Part shown: positions 26,601 to 38,533 of the stretch, piece after piece | Position numbering within the stretch: the stretch's first letter is position 1 | Layout of the letters: each line of letters begins with the position of its first letter | Assembly: GCA_017499595.2 (NCBI GenBank) | Contig: CM039001.1 | Span: 3,162,001 to 3,226,000, forward strand | From: Psilocybe cubensis | Taxonomy: Eukaryota | DNA length: 64,000 nucleotides | Reading direction: 5' to 3' | The notes under the pieces: model-generated | Database searches by the model: none | What the model saw: only the letters and a program-made list of their open reading frames with translations | Told to the model about the DNA's origin: nothing | Made by a program: the position numbers and the translations under genes

Positions 26601-29347
26601 GTCAGTCAAAATGGTTAAGCCTTTCTATAATTAATGGCCCTAAAATCTTTGTCAAAAGATAGTGCGCTGACACGACTACACTGTACTTTCTTGACTTTCT
26701 CAATCAGAGTTCTGGAGCCACAGAACCATCATGATATTTAGCTATAGGTTAAAATGCGCATGATTCGAAAGTAGTCTTTTAATCAAGTTTGGTGACGTCG
26801 AACTTGAAAAAGGAGGACCGGCAAAGATGCAAATGACACCCGGTCTTACAGCATAATGACACGATGTCGAAGGCGGTTCTTTGGAAAACAGAACACTGAC
26901 AACGAAACAGAACTCTTTTCTGAAAAGCGACGATTCTAACACCGTTATAGGCCCGCCTTAACTGGACCTGGCCGCGTGGAAAGTTGGATGATCATGATTT
27001 ACACCGTGGTGATTAAGGGAAAGAGACAGAAGACCAAACGTTAAGCTCGCTATCAAAGTGAAGCTGAAGCTTTCCTGTATGAAATAGAGCTATGTGTTGT
27101 GGCGAGTAGTATATGCAACCAGGGTTCGATCGTGTAGCATATATTGGCGTCAATAGACGGACAGGGTTTGCCTAGCAAAATTTGACTCTTGAATGTTATG
27201 AGTTCAAGTTGCTGAGACAGCACGAGAGAACCTATTTTTCGTGAACATGATAAACACAAGCAGTCTTTTCAAGATGACAAAACATAGACACAGAGACAAT
27301 TGAACAACTAGGGTCTAGAAACTGAGCAAGCGCATGAAATTGATGTGGGCGGAGATATCCCGGGTTTACCTCTGCATGTTAATATTGAGTGACAGTAACG
27401 AATGTAAAAGCCGCATCAATGAACAGCACTAGTCGTCGTGAAAGCAAGACACCAAAATCTGAGAAACGGCTGTTAGACCGCAGTGATTAATAGTTAAGGC
27501 GCAGTGCGGGGACTGCATTTAGCCGAACCACAAAAACGCTAAAGCTTCATCCGGTTCGCCGGGGAACGGGATGAGTTTTATTACTTTTGAAGATGAGCCA
27601 AACATCGGAAGCGGCAGATCATAAGTAGTTCATTCATATTCCTGAGCTTCTGGCGAACGTTCCGGAAACCGTCAAAAAATGAAAAAGATGCAATGTCGAT
27701 TGAGAATCTATACCTCTAAGTGTACTCTGCCTCTACGCAGGACTTGAAAGAGTCGCGTCCCTTCGCGTTCCTGGTCGATCACAAAAATCGGAGCGCAAGT
27801 GCTTGGCGCGGATATGAGATTTCCCTATTAAGTTCGTGATAAACCATTTACGGACATTACGTGCGCTCCACTTACGAAGTTGCGATCGTGTCTCGTGCGG
27901 ATGATGATGCCATCAGAGCTATTGGCGCAGACATTGATGCGCACGGCGGCGAACGCGTGGCTTCGCTTACGTCGTGGCGGGCGTTTCGACTCGGGAGTCG
28001 GAAGAGACGCTGATGTTGAAGCCGGTCCCCCTTGTGCGGGCGCGTGGAGGCATGGGCCATCATGATGATCTTCCGAAGACGCTCTGTAATCTTAAGCTTG
28101 AGCTTCTTTTGTCTCTTGCTCATCCCTGTTGGCTTCTTGAGAAAACGCATGTTGCACTATCCTGGGCCCCGATTGGTCTGGAGTTGGGAAATCGTTCTGC
28201 GTTCCCCGCAGAGGTGCATATGCGACGACGTTGTCGAGGGAATGCCCAGTGCCTGGATCAACCTGGCTGCGTTCTGGTTGTGCTTATCTTTCATTCTCTA
28301 TTATTAGAAGAACACTCGCAGTTTATGAGCATAGAACATACTAGAGAAAGAAGATCAAAGAAATGCTCTTGAGCCTGAGGCACCTTTGTTTCCTTTGATT
28401 CATACGTCTGCGGATATACTGCGATATGGAACAAACATATTGCGAGCTATTGCGACCAGGGACAGTGACGGTGAAATGCAAATGGGTTTGGAGTTACACT
28501 TGACAAACATGGTCGGGCTTTGCGATAGTGCCCAGCCCGAACACGTTGGCGTATAAGCTTGGATGGCCTTTGTTTCTTTGTCCCAGGTTTGCAGTAAATG
28601 ATCATTTAGAAGCATCGTACGTATACATTGTACAGCAAGACTGAAAGGATAGCCTGGATCATCAATTGACGTAGGAAATGGGAAATCGCGGAGCGGAATG
28701 ACATAACTCCAGCCAGTGACGACTCATGTCGGAAGATACGAACATGGGCTCTCATCCAGCCCGAATCTCCAAGCTCTGCACCGTTGTTTTTGTTCCTCCG
28801 GACAATCGTCCTCCGTTCCGACATGCCAATCGAGCTCGGAGCTTGCTGCAGACGGGCGAATGGCGGATATGTAGCATGGTTGTGAACATACCAGAGCGAC
28901 GCGGCTTTCTCATTATTGTATACTTCTGACAATGGCTTCTGATTAGTATGTATCTGATGCACGCACTTGCTGAGATGTGTGGACAAGAGGAAACAAGAGA
29001 CGTCAATCGTTCAAGCAACACCGCATCTCAGTCATATTGAAGCTAACAAAGCGTCATGGAAATGGAGGCGAAATGCGGGGAACGGAGAATGAAGCTCGTG
29101 AGAAGGATTGAGGGAGGATATTTTGTAAAGAGGGTATGTTGTTGAATGACATGAGAGGACTCGGGGTTGTGGGATGGACTGGAGGAGCGTGATTTATGAG
29201 GACAAGATCGGGATCTCGATGTGAAAAAGAGATCGGATCTGGACCACCGGAAGAAGTAACGTCCAATTTCGGACCGGATAAAGGACTTGCAATGTAATTA
29301 AGGCCTCTTTCGCTTTAGAAACAATCCTTTCAATTCTCCCTTTCTCT

Positions 29348-29365
29348 CCACCACCACCACCACCA
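29348..29365 (+). repeat. (CCA)6 microsatellite just upstream of the start codon
   Basis: ccaccaccaccaccacca read directly. Confidence 0.9.
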
Positions 29366-29373
29366 CTGCAATA

Positions 29374-30111
29374 ATGTCCTTCTCTGTCGACGACCTCGTA
29401 TCTTCCCTCTCCTCTGCCCACGTTGGCCAGGAGGCCATGGATATCGCCATGCTCCAGGTACGCACAACCATCTCTCCCTCTATCTGCCGTATGGGCTGAC
29501 CGCTATCGCAGGCTCAGCTCGCCGAGACACTTTTCAGCGCTGGCCCTTCAAATTCATTCGCCAGTAGCAGCTATTCCTCGTCTCAGAATATGCCAACCCG
29601 CGGTCGCTCGCTCGGTAGCCGAACATGCAATACTCCACGGGCTCGGACACCATCAGCCAACTGGGGGATGGACACCGGGCGGGGACGCACAAACTCAGTC
29701 TCATCAACTTACGCGAATGAAATGGACGAAGACGAGAGGTTGGTTGAAGAATTGCTTATGCCCTCTTCCCAGTTCGACAACAACTACGCCTCGTCATCGT
29801 CATCCGCGACTTCCCTCTCTTCCCCCATCCCATGCCAGTCTCCCATGAACTCTGTGTCATTTTCGTCCTACAACCCATATCCTGATCCCATGCCATCTTC
29901 CCCCACTACTTCTCTGTTTACGACCACCGATCCTTTCTACATTGCCCAATTGCAGTCTCTCAATAACTCATCATCTCAACAATCGCAATCCGTCTTTGCC
30001 CAAAATGGGCGTTTATCACAAAACTCTCCGTTCGCACTTGCATCTCAATACCACCAACACGGTATGGCCCACAACTCAGTTCCCTTCAAGCCTTTCGCAG
30101 CAGCCTTTTGA
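29374..30111 (+). CDS. Small Ser/Pro-rich hypothetical protein, 2 exons
   Basis: MSFSVDDLVSSLSSAHVGQEAMDIAMLQ|AQLAETLF..CNTPRARTPS..DEDERLVEELL..SLFTTTDPFYIAQLQ. A GTACGC..GCAG intron joins in frame with the 29590-30111 ORF. Confidence 0.8.
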
Positions 30112-31160
30112 TTTTGGCTGGGCAGTGTGAATTGGTTGAGCTGGTGGGTCGTTCGAAGCGGCAGGGTCTCGGTTCGTGGATGCGCTTCGAAGAGAAGACG
30201 AGTTAGTGATGGAAACGGCGTGGTTCGATTTTTTTGACGGTGGTACATTCAGCTGGTTCCAGCCCTCTATTAAAGGTCTGGTCTGGCCATGACTATTTCT
30301 CGGCTTTCGAAATTGCTTTGCACTGTTACGTTTTCCTACGTGTGCGAAGCGCTCAAAATCATTTTTATGGCAGTTCTGCTGCTGCCGACGTATCCTTCCC
30401 CCCCTTACCCCAACTGCTGCGCCTGGAGAGCTTTTTGGCATCACGCTTAAAGCGTAGCCGCGAATTCTCATCCGCTATCCCTTTCACGAACCAAAACATC
30501 GGACTTGATCATATCCACACTACATCCATTCACCCCGTAGAATTCTATGGCCAAGCGTTTCTCTTCCACTTCCAATACCACCCATTTACACGGTACCCAC
30601 CCTTTCGATTTCCCGACGTCGGCGGGTGTTCCTGGTATCGATTCAATTCATAGTCTCAGTCTCCCCTTTCCAATCGAGGCACCTTCCCTGATCTTTCCAT
30701 CCTCTGCGGGACTTCTGCATGTTTCTCGGCTTCTTGCATCTACATCTCTATTTTCGGATGACATGGACGAAATGGGTTTCAGGGCTGTGACCAAAGAGAA
30801 AGTGGGTGTATTTTGGCTGTGTTCCCCTGATTCTCGGGTTCCGCGATTCAATGGGCTTGAGCACCACGGCGGTCATTGACTTTCTTTCACCAAAATCAAT
30901 TCTATGGGATCCAGCCGGTTCATGCCGTTTATCCTATTTGATTGGGTTTAGGTGAGAGTGGATCTACGCTCATGAACGTTTGTGCATACGAAGAATGGAC
31001 AACATGCGTGTACCAGCACCTGGCAGAACCCTCGGATCCTACGATGCAGCGAGATACATGCCTTTAGATGGTCTCCAAATGCTCCGGTGTTCCCTTGTCT
31101 TTCTACCTGATCGGCGCAGCGAGAAACCTGATTTACACCTTTTTCTCTTTGTCTCTAATC

Positions 31161-31190
31161 CATCATCATCATCATCATCCATCATCATCA
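31161..31190 (+). repeat. Interrupted (CAT)n microsatellite
   Basis: catcatcatcatcatcatccatcatcatca read directly. Confidence 0.9.
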
Positions 31191-32607
31191 TTTCATTTAT
31201 TTTCCCCACAATTGCCTTCACCACCGGAATATCCACACTTTCCTCTCACGAATAGACAAACGAGCGTTTCACCTTCCCGACCCTAGGGAAGCCCTCTGCA
31301 TTGCCATCGTCACCACCCAGCAATTCCAGCTGATGAAGAAGAGCAGGAGGAAGAAACTGCGTAATCGGGATCTGCTTCGGTGCCACCCATTGCCGGGACC
31401 GGGTAATCAGACTTCACAACCAATCCGAGGCGTCTTCGGACCTTTCTCCGCTCAGAGTCAAAATTCTTTCTCCATCATCCGTCATTCGTTTCGTAACTCG
31501 CCGCTGCCATCCCTGCCCGCATGATGTGCGTTTGTACGTATCGCGGGGTTGTAGATCGTGGGGAACAGGGACGTCTCGACTGGTTGGCACCTTTTTGCTC
31601 CATGTGGGCATTGGTCTTTTTTTGATTTGGCATGACATCCCTCAAGTCGTGCTTTCAACGTGGTTCGCCTTCATTTATCGAGTCTAAATTCCACTCTTCT
31701 TCCTTTTCACCCTCGGTTGTCGTCATTCCAGAGCACATGTGGTCCGTTCTTCTTCACGCGCAAATCTTTTTTCCCCTTATCGCATTGCATTAAGACCCTT
31801 GAAAATCCCCTCTCCTCATTTCTGTAGAACGTTGTTTTTTTTCTTTCTGGTTGCTCTTTTCATTTCACGTATACGTTTATGCTGTTTCATCACATTCCCA
31901 TCCATCACGCGCATTTTCCATTGATCCCCCAACCTCGTGTCTTCCTTGCTTGCTGTATAGTGTTTTTGTTTTTGATCATGCATTCTCATCGCTTCTTCAA
32001 GTTTCTTCGCCTTCTTTCTCCTCTTCTTTTTCTCCGCCTTCACTTCACGACTGTTTGGTAGATAAATTAATCCTGTACAACTAGAACCCCAGCATCGAAT
32101 ACAAAATCATCGCATCTCATACTAGAAAACTATGTTACATGTCATGTGCAACAAGAAAACGAAGGAGAACCCTTGTACATGTGCGCGTGCCAGAACGTCT
32201 CTTCCGTTCTTTCGATCTGTTCAGGTGTTCAAGTTGACTCTGTTGTTGAAGTTAACGTTCCTGTACAATTTAACTTAAGTGTTTCCGAACTGCGAAGACG
32301 ACATTGGGTGAGAAATTATGTGCTGCGATTATAACTTCACATTTTTCCGAGTTATTGGTCTCGAGAATTGTCGGCATGTCAGGATACAGGCGGCATGCGA
32401 TTCGACTGTATGAATTCGATACATTCGAACCCACGGTGGTATGAATGACAACTGGCCATGCCATTGCAATGGCCACTTTTTCAGGTTCGGGAAGCCAAAT
32501 ATTGGTATCGTCGCTGAAAAAAAAAAGATTTTTGTTTTTGCTCTTTACGGGAAGCTGATCAGGAGAACTTTGAGTTGATTCATATATAGATCGCCTACTA
32601 CAGTGTG

Positions 32608-32640
32608 CATGTACATGTACATGTACACGTACACGTACAC
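32608..32640. repeat. (ATGTAC/ACGTAC)n self-complementary hexamer microsatellite
   Basis: catgtacatgtacatgtacacgtacacgtacac read directly. Confidence 0.85.
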
Positions 32641-33863
32641 ACAGTACGGGCGCAGAACCTGCTTGGAATAGATTGTATTAGGGGATCTCGCCCAGCGCGC
32701 AGTGATTAGAATGGAAATCAATGGCTCCGACCGAGCGCTCAGATATGCACACAACTTACGCATGTACATTAACAGCGGTGCACTCACTGCACTGTGATAT
32801 GGAAATTAAGATATAAAATAGAACATGGGGAAACTTTGAAGAAGTTGGGGCCTTCCTTGCGGCAGTGATGGTGATGGTATTGAATGGTGTAATAAGCTGG
32901 GGTACCGAGGCCTCGCCGCATTGAACCCCTGAATCACACTACCACTCACCTCGCCCAGAAAAGTGCATGCTTCTAATTACTTATATCGTGATGTCCGTAT
33001 GTAGACATACATCGTTTTAGTCTGCGTTGCGAGTCTAGTAGCAGGCTAATCGACATAAAGAACGCTTCAAGCTGCAGGGTCATGTTCCTGCGCACTAGAA
33101 TGCGTTCATAAGACCTCACAAACCCAAAGAAGGCTTATCTCGCCTTAACGTTCAGGAGAACTCTAACCCGTTCCCAGTGGTGAAATGTCCGAGCACAAGG
33201 GCAGCGCACTTCTTTTTCCGTTCAGCTATCATGCCCATCGGACGGCTGAACAAACCTTCGGAGACGATCACAGTACGGTTCCCATGGATCCTGCGTGCTT
33301 TGAGGCGGATTCGCTCACGCTGATATGGATGAAATACATTTGTATTATCTGATAAAAACGGACCCAAAGCAAGCTTAAAATACCTCCAGATGCCTCTTTC
33401 GCTCTGTGTTCCATGTTTAGATTTCGGACGATTGAATTGCCCTCTGCGCTGGGAGTTCACATCTCTTCTTCTGAGATGCACGGGTGAGTGTTTCTCACCA
33501 TTTTACGCTAAGATATCTACTGTGTATTAAGAGAAATTAGATGGAAGAATTACGGGAAGAATGTTGGTGAAAGAATTATGGCAGGATGTAATATATAAAA
33601 TAGAATAGGGTGCATCAAGTAGTTTTTTTGTGGTCGTCTTTCGTTCTAGAGTTGGGGACTGGTTAATCATCAAAAGATGGAGGTTTTGGAGATCACCATT
33701 GCTTATGCCGGTGTTCTACCCGCCATCAGAGGTCCCCATAGTGAGACTGACGTTGATGAGACTCGTTCTTCTCAGCTTCCTCTAACCTGAAACTGCTGAT
33801 GCTGATGTATGATGACCTACAAATATCCGCAATGAGGCCGACTTGGGATGGTTCACCTTATTC

Positions 33864-35378
33864 ATGATGGATGCCATTCAGCCTATCCCTCTGCTAGAGC
33901 TCCCACAGGAAATCGTGGAATTAATCATTGAATACGTCGCCATTTTGAAGCCTGTGGCTGAAGCGCGAACTTCTCTTCAAGCTTGCTCACTTGTATCAAG
34001 ATCTTTCTCCTATTGGGCGCGACAACAACTTTGGCGCATTATTGTCTTTCCATTGCATTCCGGTACTATCAAGGCGGCCCATGTATTTATCAACAAGCGC
34101 GCCAACAAGTTTATCCGCACTCTACAGAAAATACAGGACAAGGGCTTTATTTCCAATATACATTCTTTACATTTGGTGTTCGAGGATCCACCACAGACTC
34201 CGTATACGCCAAAGATCCTTCAGCATCGGTTGGTTTATCACCCAATATCTCGCCTCCTCAAGAAATCTATCATAAAGTCGTATGATATTTTGATGTATTT
34301 GAAGAGCTAATAAAGTGTCAGCTCCGGCACCTTAGTATCGAAAACAAACCAGGGAACAAGGTAGTCTTTTACAGGTGCCTCAATCCAGAAACATCACCTT
34401 TGCAAATGGCACTTCTCCAGTTGTTGGCAAGTGCCACCCTCCGGACCTTCACTCTATCTAACGTCACCGGACTATCTGCCGAGATTGTCATCGCTGCATT
34501 CTTTTCCAAAAATCTCCAAGAAATTACGATACACCGCAGCGTGATGAGGATCGAAAGACGATTTGGTGGATCACCATTTATCCCCAAAATAACTGGAGAG
34601 CTAGCGAATTTAACAAGGTTGGAAATCACTGGCGGATACTACTTTGAAATTCTTTATATGCTCGTCAAACGGGCAGAAAAACTTCGCATCCAACCAAGTC
34701 CTTTATTCCCAAATCTGCAAACTCTCGTGTTATCGGTCCCCGGACACGAAGACGCCATGATCATGCTATGCGAGAATATCTTGAATTTTGCCTCAAATCT
34801 GCAAAGCGTTGAATTTGAAATTCATCACGCTTATTTTCGGGGTATTATTCTACTTTATACCGGGAGGATGAGGTGTTAACTAACTAATCATTTTTCTAGG
34901 TCAATTTGTTTCATATGATTACCTCGAGTCCTTTTCCCATATGGATTCACTTTTCACCTTTCGACTTAGAACAATTGCCCCTAGTACTGTCAAATGGGTA
35001 GAATCTAGCCAACGAGCTCTCCTCAACTTTTTTACAGTCCGAAATCTTGCTAAATATGTGAGGACCATCGAACTCCATTATCAATTCAGCGAATGGCGAA
35101 CTCATACCGAAGGCGACTCGCTGGGAACTTTTGACCAAGGCGAATATTGGGAGGCGGTTGATCGTCTACTTACTAGCGAGGTGTTCATACATCTCGAGCT
35201 GGTCAAGATTTCGATTAGTATTCGGTACTATCCAAGTATTCATAACAAAACTTACCCAATCCCACCAGAGGAACTGGATGACTTCGCCGAATTCACGCTC
35301 CCGAGAATTAACAAGGCATCCCATATTCGGCTGGAGCTAAACGGAGAGTTCATTTTCTCTCGCGAGCAGGCATTTTGA
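33864..35378 (+). pseudogene. F-box-like gene, copy 1, with a 1-nt frameshift (pseudogene or homopolymer error)
   Basis: LPQEIVELIIEYV..SLQACSLVSRSF. The T run at 34288-34291 is one base short relative to copy 2 (ATT TTT TAT), giving a stop at 34308-34310. Homology continues in the shifted frame; intron 34842-34899 is intact. Confidence 0.75.
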
Positions 35379-36331
35379 TCTCCTCACCAACGTAAGTAGT
35401 GTAATTTCTTTCTTACACTGCTTTGAACCTGCTGAACAGGCTAATCGACATAAGTAAAGAACTCTTCAAGTTGCAGGGTCATGTTCCTGTGCACTAGAAT
35501 ACGTCCATAAAACCTCACAAACCCAAAGTAAGTTTATCCTGACTTACGTTCAGGAGAATTCTAATCGTTACCAGTGGTGAAATGTCCGAGCGCAAGGGCA
35601 GCGCACTTCTTTTTCCATTCAGCTATCATGCCCATCGGACGGCTGAACAAACCTTCGGAGACGATCACAGTACGGTTCCCATGGATCATGTGTGCTTCGA
35701 GGCGGATTCGCTCACGCTGATATGGATGAAATACATTTGTATTCTCTGATAAAAACGGACCCAGAGCAAGCTCAACTTGTTTCGGACAATTGAATTGCCC
35801 TCTGCGCCAGGAGTTCACATCTCTTCTTCTGAGATACTGATGTGTCTTCTTCATATGTTGATGGTATCGCATGTGAGCTATGGGAGCTAAAGCATCAAGT
35901 ATTCGTCCCGATTTTCCTCTTTCGAATCGCACCTGCGATTCACCAACAGCTGGTCTGCGTTCTAAAAATAGAACAATATATGTTCTGACTTGGAGTGCGC
36001 AGTGTTCGAACATTGAACTACTTCTTGGATTGACTTAGATTTGTTGACTGATTTAGTAAAGCAACGGTAGATACCAGAGGTTCAATTGCTCCAATAAGCA
36101 TATGATTAAGGTGTGCCAGCAAAAAGCAAAAAATCATTGCTAATTTTGGATCACAATGATGGCTTATGCCACCGGTGTCCTACCCGGAGTCAGAGGTCCC
36201 CGTAATAGACTGATATGTTGAAGAGACTCTTTCTTCTCAGTTTCTCATGACCTTACCGCACTATGAAAATTGCCAATAGCCAACAAGTACCCCCCAATGA
36301 GTCCGACTTGGGATGGTTCACCTTATCCTCA

Positions 36332-37844
36332 ATGAATTCCATTCAATCTCTCCCTCTGCCAGAACTCCCACAGGACATCATCGAATTAATCATTGACCAC
36401 GTCGCCATTCTAGAGCCTGCGGCTGAAGCGCGAACTTCTCTTCAAGCCTGTTCACTTGTATCGAGATCTTTCACCTATAGGGCGCGTCAACAACTTTGGC
36501 GCAATGTCGTCTTTCCTCTGTATCCCGGTACCACCAAGGCGGTCCCTGGATCTATTAACAAGCGTGCCAACCAATTTATCCATACTCTACAACAAATGCA
36601 GGACAAGGGCTTTATTTCCGATATACATTCTTTTCACCTGGTGTTCGAGGATCCACCACAAACTTCTTTTAAGCTGAAGTCCCTTCAGCAACGTTTGCTT
36701 TATCGCCCAATAACTCGCCTCTTCAAGAAATCTATCATAAAGTCATATGACATTTTTTATGTATTTGAAGAGCTAAAGAAGCGTCAGCTCCGGCACATTA
36801 GTATCGAAAACAAGCCAAAAAACCGATTAATCCTTTTCTGGAACCACAATCCAGAAACTTCCTCTTTACAGATGGCACTCCTCCAGTTGTTGGCAAGTGC
36901 CACCCTTCGGACCTTCACTCTATCTAACATCACCGGACTAACTAGCGAGATTGTCATCGCTGCATTCTTTTCCAAAAATCTCCAAGAAATCATGATACAC
37001 CATAGCGTGGTGAAGCACAACGGACGATTTGGTGAATCACCGAATATCTCCAAAATAACTGGAGAGCTAGCGAATTTAACAAGATTGGAACTCACTGGTG
37101 GTGACTACTTTGAAATTCTTTATATACTCGTCAAACAGGCAGAAAAACTTCGCATCCAACAAAGCCCTTTATTCCCACAATTGCAAACTCTCGTGTTATC
37201 GGTCCCAGGAAGCGAAGACATCATGTTCATACTATGCGAAAATATCTTGAATTTTGCCTCCAACCTGCAAAACATTGAATTTGAACTTCATCACGCTTAT
37301 TTTCGGGGTATTATTCTGCTCTATACTGCAGGGATGATGTGTTATCTAACTAATCATTTTTCTAGATGAATTTTTCTCACACGATTATATCGAGTCTTTT
37401 TCTCATATGGATTCACTTTTCACTTTTCGACTTAGAACAATTGGCCCCAGTACTGTCAAATGGGTAGAGTCCAGCCAACAAGCCCTGATCAACTTTCTGG
37501 CAATCCGAAATCTTGGTAAATATGTGACAACCATCGAACTCCATTATCATTTCAGCGGATGTCGAACTCATACCGAAGGCGACTCGCTGGGAACTTTCAA
37601 CCAAGCCAAATACTGGGAGGCGGTTGATCGGATACTTACCAGCGAGGTGTTCATACATCTCCAACTGGTCAAGATTTGGATCAGCATTCGGTACTATCCA
37701 AGTATGCATAACAAAACTTACCCAATCCCACCAGAGGAACTGGACGACTTTGCCGAATTCAGGCTCCCGAGAATTAACAAGGCATCCCATATTCGGCTGG
37801 AGCTAAACGGAGAGTTCATTTTATCTCGAGAGCAGGCGCTTTGA
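36332..37844 (+). CDS. F-box-like protein, copy 2 (intact; alternative start at 36263), 2 exons
   Basis: LPELPQDIIELIIDHV..SLQACSLVSRSFTYRARQQLWRNV and C-terminal YWEAVDRILTSEVFIHL. The intron is at the same position as in copy 1. Confidence 0.85.
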
Positions 37845-38533
37845 TCTCCTCACCAACTTAAGTAGTACAATTTCTTGCATACACTTTGAACCTGCTGAAC
37901 ATCTCAGAAAGTTTAAGGCATTTATAAAAACACTGGCCCATTTAAAGAATATAGGTGATATAATGAATGTGTATCAATTCTGTCAGCTGGGAGAAGCATT
38001 GCAATGCGATACCTGAAAAACCTCTGAAGAAGATCTGCTCTATCGATTGCAGAGGGATGCGAGGCTTGTCGCCAGTTGATCCACTCAGTCACAGTGGCTC
38101 AATGCGGTTGGTAATCATAACCAGAAAACCAAGTGTATTCGTCAATGGTGCCCTTCCTTGCCCTTCTTGTGGTAATGCGTGCGAGGTTAAAGAAATTGCG
38201 GTGCAAGGAGGATTGGATCGGAGACAGTTCACTGGACAACAAGCTGAGATTGTTGCAATGACTCGCTGGTGTACAAGGACAACCGTGTAGACCATACATT
38301 ATCGGGTATTTCCGCACCTGCTTACAAATCAGTTGATCATTTCAATGGGTGCCTTGAAGGTGGGGCGTTCCTTGGCCTTGATTCAAAAGGTTTGGGCGAG
38401 TTTGGGATGAAATGACGCGCTGTACAACATTCGGATCCTCCCACGATCCCCCAAACCGTTATCATATCCCAATCAAATTCCTTTATTCATTCTACTACTC
38501 CAACTACTGCCAAAGAGAAGTCACATTTACGAT

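Larger units (their letters stand above)
33042..37901 (+). repeat. Head-to-tail tandem duplication: copy 1 at 33042-35436, copy 2 at 35437-37899
   Basis: Both copies start caggctaatcgacataa and end ctttgaacctgctgaa. They are collinear except for a non-homologous stretch (about 33480-33680 vs 35835-36140). Confidence 0.95.
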
